Origin: Chitinophagaceae bacterium UBA1931
GTDB taxonomy: Bacteria; Bacteroidota; Bacteroidia; Chitinophagales; Chitinophagaceae
Length of the DNA stretch: 64,000 nucleotides
Assembly (NCBI GenBank): GCA_002337125.1
Contig: DDFJ01000001.1
Location: 967,342-1,031,341 of the forward strand
Direction of reading: 5' to 3'
In this document: positions 48,739 through 58,732 of the stretch, piece by piece
How positions within the stretch are numbered: the first letter of the stretch is position 1
Layout: every line of letters begins with the position of its first letter
Position numbers and translations under genes: made by a program
The notes under the pieces: generated by a model
Database searches by the model: none
The model's input: the letters and a program-made list of their open reading frames with translations, nothing else
Told to the model about the DNA's origin: nothing

Positions 48739-51518
48739 TATTGTGCAGAAAAATTAAAGTATAAAGAAATATGCAAAGCCCTTGAAGGTTCTTTTTCGTA
48801 ATCGTAATAAATATTTTTGAAACCCATTGGCCCGGTTGTTTCGTTACGCTGGTTCTTTGTTCCGATGCTGCTTATACCCTGCATAAATGAAATATCACCC
48901 GAAGGGAACAACGGTTCATAATTATGCCACTGATCTGTTTTCCATGCAGGTGTAAACAAACGCAGAAACATTCCTTCTGTTTCACTTACAACTGTAAAAC
49001 GATTATTCTTTGTAAAGAAATAACCTCCGTAAAAATTGGAATAATAACCTTTGAATTCAGGATAGATCCATGGATTCTCTCCTGTTTCAGTTGCATTGTA
49101 TTGTTTATTCCAGACACCAAACTGTCCGCCTTTCATCCTGTTCTTCCAAATACGGTATGGTCCGTTACCCATATAAGTAACCGACTGAATTTCTTTTTCA
49201 GGAAATGAAAAGTTGATGCCTGCAAAATTGGTAAAGTATGCTGATGGAAAATAACTCACATCCAGTTTTATCCAACCCGATGGATAAACTGTCCACTTAA
49301 TCGTGTTGTAAGAATCTTTCTTATTAAATATTGATTCGATAACAAGATTTTTTCCATCCATGTAATGTTTGATGCCTTTGAAATTATTCACAGCTTCCTG
49401 CACAACAGGTCCGTTGTTAAACGGCAGATTACCACTTGCGTTTTTCACTGAAACAAGCAGACCGTTATTTTTATTGAACACTACAATCACATCTTTGATT
49501 GAAACAGTCAATAATGAATCAGCTTCTGAAGAATTGATTGCATTGTTTCCGTCTTTCACAACCATTCTTTCGCCTGTGCGTTTTGGACTGCTGATGATAA
49601 AACTCCAGGTAAATAATTCACGCTTATAAAAATCTGTGGCTGTTACATACAACACATCATAGTCATTCCATTCAGCCGGCATTTGTAACTGAAGCACACC
49701 CTTGTCACCGGGCTTAATATCAGTAGCAACTGCAGTTCCATCTTTCTCTTCTATATTTCTCAAACCAAACTTCCGCAGCTTCCATGTGAATGTACATTGA
49801 TTGATATTGGTAAAATGATAACGGTTTTCAATGTTCAGCTTTCCGTCAAATGCATCTGTAATTTCTTTTCGTTCAAAATAAACCGGGCTCCACACTTCTT
49901 TGATGGTATAATAACTTCCTTCCTTTTCATGATGCGGTCCAAGTATTCCGTCTGCTGCACGGTCTTTATCTGTATCAAGCGAATCATGCAGATCTTTTCT
50001 TACAACTGCATTATCTGCAAAGTCCCAGAGAAAACCACCTGCACTTAACGGGTTATGCCACATTTTTTCCCAGTAATCTTCCAGGCCTGCACCATGACCA
50101 CCATCAAACCATCCGTGAAGAAATTCGGTTGGCATTACAATCTCTTTACCGTTTTCATAATTGCCAATGCCATAATTGTATTCACGGTAATGCTGTGTAT
50201 CAAAACCTCCAAACAAATTCCATGGATGAACAACAGGACGTTGTTGAAAATCATATTGCGTAAACAAACTGTCCAGGTCAAGATTATGTCCACCTTCATT
50301 TCCGTTCGCCCAGAAAATAATGGAAGGATGGTTCATATCATGTACAATCATTTCCCCCACCAGTTTTGAACCAACCTTTGTATCATAATGACCATGCCAG
50401 CCGGTTAATTCATCCATTACAAACAACCCAAGCGAATCACATACATCCAAAAAATGATCATCGGGTGGATAATGACTCATCCGCACTGCATTCATGTTCA
50501 TGTCTTTGATGAGCTGCACATCTTCAATACTGTTCTGTTTGCTCATCGTTCTTCCTGTTTCCGGGCGGAAGGAATGACGGTTCACTCCTTTCATTTTCAC
50601 TTTCACACCATTGACATAAATACCATCTCTTTGTTTTACTTCAACTGTGCGGAAACCGATTTTTTTTGAAACAGAATGTACAATTTTTCCTTTTTTGTAA
50701 ACAGTAAATTCGCCAATATATAAAACCGGGTTCTCCGGATTCCATGCTGTTACATTTTTTATTTGTTTGCTGAATAAGAAATGTCCATAATTATCTCCTA
50801 CATCAATTGCATGAATTGTGTCGATCAATTTTCCTGTCGCATCTTTTAATGTAACAGTAGCTAAATCAGCTAAAAGAATATTAGTTGAAATAACACCAGT
50901 TAATAATCCTGAAGCTTTTGCATCAAAAGTAACACTGCCTATATTATTCTTAGGCAATACTTCTAACCATACCGGCCGGAAGATTCCGCCAAAAATCCAG
51001 AAGTCAGCCTTGCGTTCAGCTTCATTCACCGATTGATTGGCTGAATGTTTTGAAACAGTTACTTCCAGCAAATTTTCTTTGCCATACTTCAGCAGTTTTG
51101 TAATATCATATTTGAATGCATAAAAAGCACCTTGATGAATTTCACCTGCTGACCTGCCATTTACTTTCACCTCTGCATCGGTCATCACGCCTTCAAACAC
51201 AAGATTGATTGCTTTGTCTTTCCAGTTTGCAGGAACATTAAAACGATGCTTGTAAAATCCTTTTTCTTTTCCTCTTACACTGTCTTTTGCATAACCATAA
51301 TCGAATTTGCCAAATCCCTGTAACTCCCAGCAGGATGGAACAGCAATCGTTGTCCATTTATTGGCATTCATTCCACCGGTGCACATAAAATCCCAGTTCA
51401 CCGTTTGATCATTACCGGTGCCGGAGAGATACACTTTTTCTGTTTGCTGACCTAACAAGTCAAAAGTGAAAAGTGAAAAATAAAAAAGCAGTAACCCGTA
51501 TTGATATTTTTTACTCAT
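48738..51518 (-). CDS. Glycoside hydrolase family 2
   Basis: 926 aa with a signal peptide. Contains GVNRHSFRPETGR, NMNAVRMSHYPPDDHFLDVCDSLGLFVMDE and WANGNEG (acid/base). Confidence 0.85.
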   Translation of the reverse strand: MSKKYQYGLLLFYFSLFTFDLLGQQTEKVYLSGTGNDQTVNWDFMCTGGMNANKWTTIAVPSCWELQGFGKFDYGYAKDSVRGKEKGFYKHRFNVPANWKDKAINLVFEGVMTDAEVKVNGRSAGEIHQGAFYAFKYDITKLLKYGKENLLEVTVSKHSANQSVNEAERKADFWIFGGIFRPVWLEVLPKNNIGSVTFDAKASGLLTGVISTNILLADLATVTLKDATGKLIDTIHAIDVGDNYGHFLFSKQIKNVTAWNPENPVLYIGEFTVYKKGKIVHSVSKKIGFRTVEVKQRDGIYVNGVKVKMKGVNRHSFRPETGRTMSKQNSIEDVQLIKDMNMNAVRMSHYPPDDHFLDVCDSLGLFVMDELTGWHGHYDTKVGSKLVGEMIVHDMNHPSIIFWANGNEGGHNLDLDSLFTQYDFQQRPVVHPWNLFGGFDTQHYREYNYGIGNYENGKEIVMPTEFLHGWFDGGHGAGLEDYWEKMWHNPLSAGGFLWDFADNAVVRKDLHDSLDTDKDRAADGILGPHHEKEGSYYTIKEVWSPVYFERKEITDAFDGKLNIENRYHFTNINQCTFTWKLRKFGLRNIEEKDGTAVATDIKPGDKGVLQLQMPAEWNDYDVLYVTATDFYKRELFTWSFIISSPKRTGERMVVKDGNNAINSSEADSLLTVSIKDVIVVFNKNNGLLVSVKNASGNLPFNNGPVVQEAVNNFKGIKHYMDGKNLVIESIFNKKDSYNTIKWTVYPSGWIKLDVSYFPSAYFTNFAGINFSFPEKEIQSVTYMGNGPYRIWKNRMKGGQFGVWNKQYNATETGENPWIYPEFKGYYSNFYGGYFFTKNNRFTVVSETEGMFLRLFTPAWKTDQWHNYEPLFPSGDISFMQGISSIGTKNQRNETTGPMGFKNIYYDYEKEPSRALHISLYFNFSAQ

Positions 51519-51520
51519 AA

Positions 51521-53053
51521 TTATAACTTACCTGTAATCTTTTGCAACACTGGAGAAGAAGCCACTTTTTTTCCGTTCACCCACACAGTCAGTCCCTTTC
51601 CTTTCTTATATTTTGTTCCGTCTTCATCCCAAATGATGGTTACAATTTTCCCATGGTACAACACATTATCTAAACAAAACCATTTCCATTTATTGGCAGG
51701 AACCAACGGATTTACTTCAATAGTATCATCCCCTCTCGGACGTAAACCAAGCAATCCAGTTATTACTAAATCATTAAATGTTGAGTGATTGTAATAACGG
51801 CTACGCTCTGCATCGCCCATCAGCCAGTAACCTGTTTTTTCATCAAGGTATTCACCTACATAAGGTCGGCCACGATAGTACATTGACTCAACATAGGTTT
51901 GCAGCTGTTTAAAGTAATTACTGTCAGCAACATAATTCTGATTGTAATTATTCAACAGGTTAGCCATTGCTGTTAGCGTTTGCGATGTAGCGAAAGGCCA
52001 TACTGCCCCATCCCATTCGCAGGTGCCTGTACCATGTGTGCGGAACTGTGGATGACTTCTGTCGGCAGTTGTAATTCCAAATGGAGCAGAAAATGTTTTC
52101 GGATCAACAAGGTATTTCCATGCAACATTGTAGTTACTGTCGGGCATATTGAAATACCAGGGAATAAAACCAATTTCTTCTTTCACATGTGCCAAGGTAT
52201 CACCATGCTCTTTGAGTACTTCAAAAAAATTGTCTTTGCTGCTCCAGAGTTTTGCTTGTACAAGTTGTTTAATGGAATCAGCCTTTTTATAGTACAGCTG
52301 TGCAACATCAGTATTGCCATTCATCTTGGCGAGGTTTGCAATAGCTATTGCATTGCCATACATATATGCATTAATGGAAGGTCTTGCATTCTTCTCTTTT
52401 CTTCCGCCGCTGATGGTTTCTTCCATTGCATCACGCACATCGTATTGCCAGAATAAACCGCTGGCAGATTTTTTTTCCAGCTCCCAGTTTTTATAATCTT
52501 CTATAAGATCAGGCAATAAGCCAAGCACAAATTGTTTATCGTTGTTAACGAGATAGCGATTGTAAATCGCATCCATACTCCAACTGCTGTAAAAGCGAAG
52601 TTTCTTTAAAGGCTTACCTTCATTTCCCCTGTACCAGATGTTCAGGTTGTTATCCATGTAGGTTTTATCGTGCAGCCATCTTGATTCATAGACATGATGC
52701 CCCAATGCACTGGCGATAAGATTGTATTTATCCGCATAACTTCTCTGCACCAGAAATTCTGTGAACACAAATCCCTTTTCTGTTTTCTTGATGTGTTTAC
52801 GTAATGTCCACCAGCGGAAATAAAACATCTCTTCAAAGTTTTGCTGCGGACATTCAAACAACGGAACATTTTGTTTCATCCAGTTCCAAGCCTGTGCGTT
52901 TGGAATGGCCTGTTCAATATTGGGCGTTTCCATTGTGTTGAAATAATCAACATAATGTTTAAACTGATCGGCTTTAAGAACAAATGGTTTTTGTTGGGAT
53001 AAAGAAGATTGCGACAACAACAGAAAAAAAACAAAGAAGCACAAAGACTTCAT
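51521..53053 (-). CDS. Secreted (alpha/alpha)6-barrel glycoside hydrolase (MGH1/GH63-like; possibly GH142-like)
   Basis: The ORF track extends to 53131, but the signal peptide starts at MKSLCFFVFFLLLSQSSLSQ (ATG at 53053). CEWDGAVWPFATSQTLTAMANLL is a six-hairpin glycosidase motif. The family subtype is not verifiable by eye. Confidence 0.55.
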   Translation of the reverse strand: MKSLCFFVFFLLLSQSSLSQQKPFVLKADQFKHYVDYFNTMETPNIEQAIPNAQAWNWMKQNVPLFECPQQNFEEMFYFRWWTLRKHIKKTEKGFVFTEFLVQRSYADKYNLIASALGHHVYESRWLHDKTYMDNNLNIWYRGNEGKPLKKLRFYSSWSMDAIYNRYLVNNDKQFVLGLLPDLIEDYKNWELEKKSASGLFWQYDVRDAMEETISGGRKEKNARPSINAYMYGNAIAIANLAKMNGNTDVAQLYYKKADSIKQLVQAKLWSSKDNFFEVLKEHGDTLAHVKEEIGFIPWYFNMPDSNYNVAWKYLVDPKTFSAPFGITTADRSHPQFRTHGTGTCEWDGAVWPFATSQTLTAMANLLNNYNQNYVADSNYFKQLQTYVESMYYRGRPYVGEYLDEKTGYWLMGDAERSRYYNHSTFNDLVITGLLGLRPRGDDTIEVNPLVPANKWKWFCLDNVLYHGKIVTIIWDEDGTKYKKGKGLTVWVNGKKVASSPVLQKITGKL

Positions 53054-53120
53054 GACTCTTCCTGTCATTGAAACTTCCTGGTTCAAAAAAATTGTATTTA
53101 GAATTGATATTGATTTTATC

Positions 53121-54944
53121 CTACTCTGCACTTTTATATGTTTTTACACGATGAATGAAATAAACAGCTTCTTTATCTTTCTTATCTGCATTGGGTAAAT
53201 CATAATCCTGATCGGTTGGAGTATCCGCATTGGGAAAACGACGCAGAGAACCTGTTCTGAAAACCAAACGCTCAACTGATTCTACCGGCTGGAAACAAAG
53301 ATTAGGAGAAGCTTTACCGTTATTGATTGTTACATTATAAAACCGTGTGGTTGTATTTAATTCAATTTTGATTGTTACCGGTTCACCTGCATTGTATTTA
53401 CCAAGGCTTTTATTCCGATAGCCTTGCTTGGTTAAAAGGTTACCTGTTGAATCAAACATCAACCGTAATGTTGCCTGTCCTTTTTTATCCTGCAGTTCAA
53501 TTTCAAGATTACCTGTGTTGTTTTGTTTGGGTGTGATCGTGAATTCAACAACTACTCTTTTTGCTTCTGGAAATATCCGTTCTGCTTTTGCATAATCAAA
53601 CGGATCACTGTCGTGCAGTGCCAGTACTTTCTGCTGATTCAATTGTTCTGTTTGCACCCTGCACCATGCCGGGCTAAAAATATTCCACTCGTTTAATTCT
53701 GTTCCATCAGCCATTGACTTAAAATCATCATTCACATCTGTCGTTACTTTATCTTTCACAGGAACGTTAATCCTGCTTACCCAGATATCTTCCTTGTTCA
53801 TGCTGTAGGTGATCCACATATTATTATCAACAGGCTTTCCATCCGTTTCCTGGATTCCACGAACGTATTGTGGCCCGTAACTTTTGTACGCACCGCCATA
53901 ACGCAGAGATGTAATTTCACCGTTTATTAAAAGAAGATTTTTATAATTCAATCCATCATCACTGATGCTGATTGCAAGCGGCCAGCGAAACTCAGATGGA
54001 TTGTACACTGTTGCATATTTACCATCAGCAGTCCGTTGTCCCCATATTTTTGCATTTGCATTTACAAAACCCGGTGCTCTTAATGGATTGTACTGCCAGG
54101 TTTTTCCTTCATCAGCACTTGTACTTGTCAATGCATATTTCCACAAGCCCAGCACTTTTCCATTGGGAAGATGGTAATAGTTGAAAGCTTTGAAATCTTT
54201 CTTCAGCGGAATCAATGGATCAGTCCTGTCGCCTTCTTCAACTGTCTGCATCATCATCAACGGTGTGTTGAGAAATTCATCACATGCAGCAACAAAACCT
54301 TTGTCTTTAGAAGTTTTATAAAACGGGTAGCTTGTATTTTTTTCATTGAATGCGTGATTGTAGCGCAGGAAATAAATGGGGCCGAATGTTCCATCAGCTT
54401 TTATTTCCCTGATCACACGACCAATACCGTTACCATCATTCGGATCATCTTTTGCAGCAAGTACAATTCCATAAAAACCAATTGCAAATAAACGTTTGGC
54501 TTTTGATGTAAAAAATCCGATACGTTGATGCATCACAGCAAATGTATTTTTTGCTGTATCCTTTCCACCTTCTTTCACCGTTCCATCAGGAATTTTATAT
54601 GGAGGAAAAATTACGATTGGTGCAGACCAGTTATATCCGTCTTTTGAACACATGAGCAATGTTCTTCCCGGCGGCACATGTTCACCAACGGGATTGCTTA
54701 AGTATTCAAGATAAAATGTATTATTCCAGTAAGCAAGCATGGGTTGATGATTGTAGGTCCAGTTATTTACACCGGTATCAGCCCTGTTTGCACGCATCAC
54801 CTGGATATTATGCACGCCCACAACAGATGGCAGCTGCCCGTGATGATAATCTACATTCGACAATGTACTTCCTGTGTAATGAACAGTATCCTGCGCATTC
54901 ACACTTGCCGATAATAATAACAGTATATAAACGATTCTCTTCAT
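53121..54944 (-). CDS. Secreted Asp-box beta-propeller (sialidase-fold) protein with C-terminal beta-sandwich domain; candidate ulosonic-acid hydrolase (GH143-like?)
   Basis: 607 aa with a signal peptide. Asp-box-like motifs are SADEGKTWQ, CSKDGYNWS and SISDDGLNY. The C-terminal 200 aa are beta-rich. The family call is tentative. Confidence 0.45.
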   Translation of the reverse strand: MKRIVYILLLLSASVNAQDTVHYTGSTLSNVDYHHGQLPSVVGVHNIQVMRANRADTGVNNWTYNHQPMLAYWNNTFYLEYLSNPVGEHVPPGRTLLMCSKDGYNWSAPIVIFPPYKIPDGTVKEGGKDTAKNTFAVMHQRIGFFTSKAKRLFAIGFYGIVLAAKDDPNDGNGIGRVIREIKADGTFGPIYFLRYNHAFNEKNTSYPFYKTSKDKGFVAACDEFLNTPLMMMQTVEEGDRTDPLIPLKKDFKAFNYYHLPNGKVLGLWKYALTSTSADEGKTWQYNPLRAPGFVNANAKIWGQRTADGKYATVYNPSEFRWPLAISISDDGLNYKNLLLINGEITSLRYGGAYKSYGPQYVRGIQETDGKPVDNNMWITYSMNKEDIWVSRINVPVKDKVTTDVNDDFKSMADGTELNEWNIFSPAWCRVQTEQLNQQKVLALHDSDPFDYAKAERIFPEAKRVVVEFTITPKQNNTGNLEIELQDKKGQATLRLMFDSTGNLLTKQGYRNKSLGKYNAGEPVTIKIELNTTTRFYNVTINNGKASPNLCFQPVESVERLVFRTGSLRRFPNADTPTDQDYDLPNADKKDKEAVYFIHRVKTYKSAE

Positions 54945-54957
54945 GTTCTTTATTCAA

Positions 54958-56322
54958 TTAAAACTCTTCAACAACGGGTTTACCTTCCATCCATGCCGTC
55001 ATGTTTAATACAAGGTAATTCCAGTTTTGAAATCCTTTATTTAAAAGTGGTTCGCCTGTTTCAGGTTCATAGTATTCATGGAGTGCCCCATTCTTTTCAA
55101 AATCTTTTCCAAACATATTGATGGTTTTTGCTGCAAGCTCTTTCGCTTCTTTTGTATAACCATATTTAACCAGGCCTTTAAACACCATGTAGTTTGAAAT
55201 TCCCCAAACAGGCCCCCGCCAGTTTGATGGATTTGCACTTGCCCGTAAACTGTACATCTTCTCCATTTTTGAAAGAGTGCGCACACCTGCTGCACAGTTA
55301 AATGTTTTTGTATTAAGAAAATGTTCTTTCACAATACGATCTGCCTGTGCCGGTGTTGCAATGCCACACCACAAAGGCATAAAGCCTGTCCATACTTCAA
55401 TACGCTGAATCAAACAATCATAATCACGGGGATAGCCACTGTGAATATCAAATGTGCGACCCAATGTACTGTCGGGATTTTCTTTTACAGGTCTTAAGTT
55501 GATATCCACACTGTAGAAGAACCCGTCACGTTCATCCCAGCAGTTTTTCTGGATGGCATTTTTTAAATCAGCAGCATCCTGTTCAAATTCTTTTCCAACT
55601 TCAGGAATATGCAGCTGGTTGGCTAAATAAACCATTGCCAGCATTTCCTTATACATTAAACAGTTGAGATAAATCGATGCAGAACTTTTTGCCGGTCTGT
55701 AAAATGTGGCAGGATCATTATCTACTCCAATCGCCACATCGCTCTGCCAGAAAAATAAGCCGGTTGCTTTATCCCTGTGATGAGCTTTGTAGTTGTTCAC
55801 AAACGCCTGCAGGTGAAAAAACTTTTCTTTCAGCCATTGTGCATCGCCACCATTTTGTTTAGTGATGAATGCGGCATGTTGTGCAAGCACTGGTTTGTGC
55901 ATGTTTACATTGTAAATATTTTCAGGGCGGATATCTCTTGGTTTCGAATCGGCCCAGATGACAATGGGAATATAACCATCCCAGTTTCCGTATTGTAAAA
56001 AATTGAGCACACAACCCTGTTCATATTGAATAGCTTCCTGCTTGTCCTTTGCATTTCCAACGTCAGAAAGTATCTGGCGCAAAGCAATATTGCTTAACCA
56101 TGAATCCCAATCCCACAATACATTATCATATTGATTACTTCCGGGAGTAAGAAAAGGATATACCAATGATCCGCTTTCTTTGCGGTACATCAGTTTGTAA
56201 TCCTTGTAAATGTTTTCTTTTATAACAACAGAGAAATGTTTTAATGAATCACTTGTCTGACTGCTTGCTGATAAACCCAGCAGCAGTACTACAATCATGC
56301 AAAAATTTTTCCTCTTTGTCAT
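54958..56322 (-). CDS. (alpha/alpha)6-barrel glycoside hydrolase, trehalase/GH63-like (MGH1-like)
   Basis: 454 aa with a signal peptide. Contains LWDWDSWLSNIAL, GVRTLSK...NPSNWRGPVWGISNYMVFKGL and ALHEYYEPETGEPL. Confidence 0.65.
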   Translation of the reverse strand: MTKRKNFCMIVVLLLGLSASSQTSDSLKHFSVVIKENIYKDYKLMYRKESGSLVYPFLTPGSNQYDNVLWDWDSWLSNIALRQILSDVGNAKDKQEAIQYEQGCVLNFLQYGNWDGYIPIVIWADSKPRDIRPENIYNVNMHKPVLAQHAAFITKQNGGDAQWLKEKFFHLQAFVNNYKAHHRDKATGLFFWQSDVAIGVDNDPATFYRPAKSSASIYLNCLMYKEMLAMVYLANQLHIPEVGKEFEQDAADLKNAIQKNCWDERDGFFYSVDINLRPVKENPDSTLGRTFDIHSGYPRDYDCLIQRIEVWTGFMPLWCGIATPAQADRIVKEHFLNTKTFNCAAGVRTLSKMEKMYSLRASANPSNWRGPVWGISNYMVFKGLVKYGYTKEAKELAAKTINMFGKDFEKNGALHEYYEPETGEPLLNKGFQNWNYLVLNMTAWMEGKPVVEEF

Positions 56323-56356
56323 TATGTGCGGTTATTGTAATAAATGATCCGTGCTT

Positions 56357-57277
56357 TTATTTTCTTACAGCTGCTTTCAGCTTTTTAATCACTTTCTTCT
56401 TCACCACTACAATCGTTCCGTGTTTATGCCCTTCAGGCACTTTCACTTTATCCGATACGTTACTGAAATGTACAAAATCGGTTGTTGCAGAAGCATCATA
56501 GGTTTTCTTCCTGTAAGCGTCGTAATAAATCAGCCACCTGTCTTTCACCTTTACAACAGAAGGTCCTTCTGTAAAATTATCTGTAAATGCTTTTGACACA
56601 TCATGCCAAGGCCCATAAGGTGAATTGCTGAATGCCACTTTTATATCACGCTCAGGTCTTGTATTATCTTTCAGCACCAGCACATAATCATCTTTCTTAC
56701 GCTTTACAATCACTGCATCAATTACACTGAATTTCGGATCAAGAAATAATTTTGATTCAGTGAATGTTTTAAAATCGGGTGTTGTGGTTGCGTACAGTCG
56801 GTGATTGTTACTGTCTTCTTCAATTCCCCGTTCAAACCTGCCGGGAATACAACTTGCCCAAACAATGATGTATTGTTGCTTCACATCATCATAAAATAAT
56901 TCAGGCGCCCACACATTCACTGTTGTTGGTTCATTTTCCATCACACTGATAAAACGCTGATTGCTCCAGTGAATAAAATCTTTTGTTGAAGCATAACCAA
57001 AACCTCTGTCACCACGCCAGCTGCTTGTCCACACCAAATGAAATGTTCCATCAGGTCCCTGCAGCATCGAAGGATCACGCATCACTTTTTGATTGCCAAC
57101 AGTTGGTTTGAGAAAAACAGTATCAAGATCAGTCCATCGATAACCATCATAACTGTACAACATACGCAAACCTGCATCTGCCGGTTCATGAAAGGATGTA
57201 AACAGGTATGCCTTGTTTGAACAGGAAACAAGTAAAGTGAAAAGCAAAAAGTAAAAAATATTAAACAGAGACTTCAT
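56357..57277 (-). CDS. Glycoside hydrolase family 43-like five-bladed propeller
   Basis: 306 aa with a signal peptide. Contains MRDPSMLQGPDGTFHLVWT, WAPELFYDD and EGPSVVKVKDRWLIYYD. Confidence 0.7.
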   Translation of the reverse strand: MKSLFNIFYFLLFTLLVSCSNKAYLFTSFHEPADAGLRMLYSYDGYRWTDLDTVFLKPTVGNQKVMRDPSMLQGPDGTFHLVWTSSWRGDRGFGYASTKDFIHWSNQRFISVMENEPTTVNVWAPELFYDDVKQQYIIVWASCIPGRFERGIEEDSNNHRLYATTTPDFKTFTESKLFLDPKFSVIDAVIVKRKKDDYVLVLKDNTRPERDIKVAFSNSPYGPWHDVSKAFTDNFTEGPSVVKVKDRWLIYYDAYRKKTYDASATTDFVHFSNVSDKVKVPEGHKHGTIVVVKKKVIKKLKAAVRK

Positions 57278-57283
57278 TGATTT

Positions 57284-58675
57284 CTATTTTTCAAGAATTA
57301 ACACCCAGTCATTTCCATCTTTTTGTTCGCCTGCAGGATTAAACTCAACAATACCGTTTTTCTTTCCAAGGTTAAATGCAGTTTGTTTTCCATTAGAAGG
57401 ATTATACCAGCTTGCTTTCTTCACTGCAAAACCAAGCTTTGAACAATCAAGTTTAAAGTTCCTGCCTGTGTACGTATACACAAGTGCATATCCTTTACCT
57501 TTTGTTGCAAGTACATAATCATATTTTTCACCATTACCCACTATTAACTCCTGTGCTGGCACACGATCGAAATAAGTTTTACTGAGCAACAGTTTCTTGA
57601 GGTACTGCATTTGTGTTGCACCTGGCGCAAACAATTCATCTTTCCAGTTTTCACGAACACCAAAACTTCCGCCATGATTGCTTAATGTATAAAACTGCAT
57701 TATGGCATTATCACCATACGTAAAACCGGCACCACCTGCAAATACACACCAGTAAGCATAGCGACGAACATCGGCTGCTGTCCATCTTTTTTCTAAACTA
57801 TCGTGCAAACCATGCGGAATATTTTCATAAGATGGTTCACCATCCAAAGTTGGTTTAACAGGCTTCAATGCATAATCTGTTACAATAAATTTCCAGTTGT
57901 CTTCACCAAAATGATTTTTTTCTTTAGCAACTGTATCCTGTGCATAATCTTTATGTCCGCTCTGGAACATATTAAAATCAAGCCAGCTTTCGTTATGAAA
58001 CCATTCAGAAGATGAATATCTTCCTCTCGGATGAAATGTTTCCAGGTGATTGGGATCGTATTTCTTAATTGTACTTCCAATCATCTTCCACACATCCATT
58101 CCATCAGTACCGGGAATATCACCACCATTGAGCCAAACAATATTGCTTTTGCTTTTAAAACGTTGTGCAAGAAATTTCGCATACGCTTCAGCTTGCTGTA
58201 CATTCACTTTTCCACTTTTTACATTGCTTCCCCACACAGGCACCAATGCCATATACATTCCTCTTTTGGCTGCTTCATCAATAATATATTCCACATGATC
58301 CCAGTAATCATATGCAGTTGTATCACTGAATTTATTTCCTTCGGTTACGTTTGGTGTTGAAGCATCTGCATTCTTCAATGCATAATCACCATAATAGTTT
58401 TTAATCATCACATCATGCAGCACCATTACCTGGACAATGTTGAAGCCCTGTGCTTTTCTTGTATCAAGGTATTGCACGGCTTCTTCCCTGCTGCATTTTG
58501 CAAATAACAACCAGCCGGTATCACCCAGCCAGAAAAAAGGTTTACCATCAGCAGTTTGAAAAAAACGTTTATTTGCCGATACTTTAATTACAGGTAATTG
58601 AGCGTTTAATGATTCGTTTACAACTAAACTCATCATTAACAAAATGAGATATTTTTTTATGTTACGGGCTTTCAT
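57284..58675 (-). CDS. GH140-like (DUF4038 apiosidase-like domain plus C-terminal collagenase-type beta-sandwich)
   Basis: PFFWLGDTGWLLFAKCSREEAVQYLDTRKAQGFNIVQVMV is the DUF4038 N-terminal signature. The C-terminus is GYALVYTYTGRNFKLDCSKL...ASWYNPSNGKQT. The ORF-track start (58687) is a TTG. The ATG at 58675 (MKARNIKKYLILLMM) is more plausible. Confidence 0.75.
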   Translation of the reverse strand: MKARNIKKYLILLMMSLVVNESLNAQLPVIKVSANKRFFQTADGKPFFWLGDTGWLLFAKCSREEAVQYLDTRKAQGFNIVQVMVLHDVMIKNYYGDYALKNADASTPNVTEGNKFSDTTAYDYWDHVEYIIDEAAKRGMYMALVPVWGSNVKSGKVNVQQAEAYAKFLAQRFKSKSNIVWLNGGDIPGTDGMDVWKMIGSTIKKYDPNHLETFHPRGRYSSSEWFHNESWLDFNMFQSGHKDYAQDTVAKEKNHFGEDNWKFIVTDYALKPVKPTLDGEPSYENIPHGLHDSLEKRWTAADVRRYAYWCVFAGGAGFTYGDNAIMQFYTLSNHGGSFGVRENWKDELFAPGATQMQYLKKLLLSKTYFDRVPAQELIVGNGEKYDYVLATKGKGYALVYTYTGRNFKLDCSKLGFAVKKASWYNPSNGKQTAFNLGKKNGIVEFNPAGEQKDGNDWVLILEK

Positions 58676-58691
58676 TTCTGTTTTCAACTTT

Positions 58692-58708
58692 TGTTGCGTC
58701 GCACACTT
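58692..58708. repeat. Copy B of the conserved 17-mer TGTTGCGTCGCACACTT
   Basis: Exact match to 38543-38559. It lies 17 nt upstream of the ATG at 58675, in the 45-nt gap after the stop at 58733. Confidence 0.6.
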
Positions 58709-58732
58709 CGACTTTTTGTAATTCTTTTGTTC

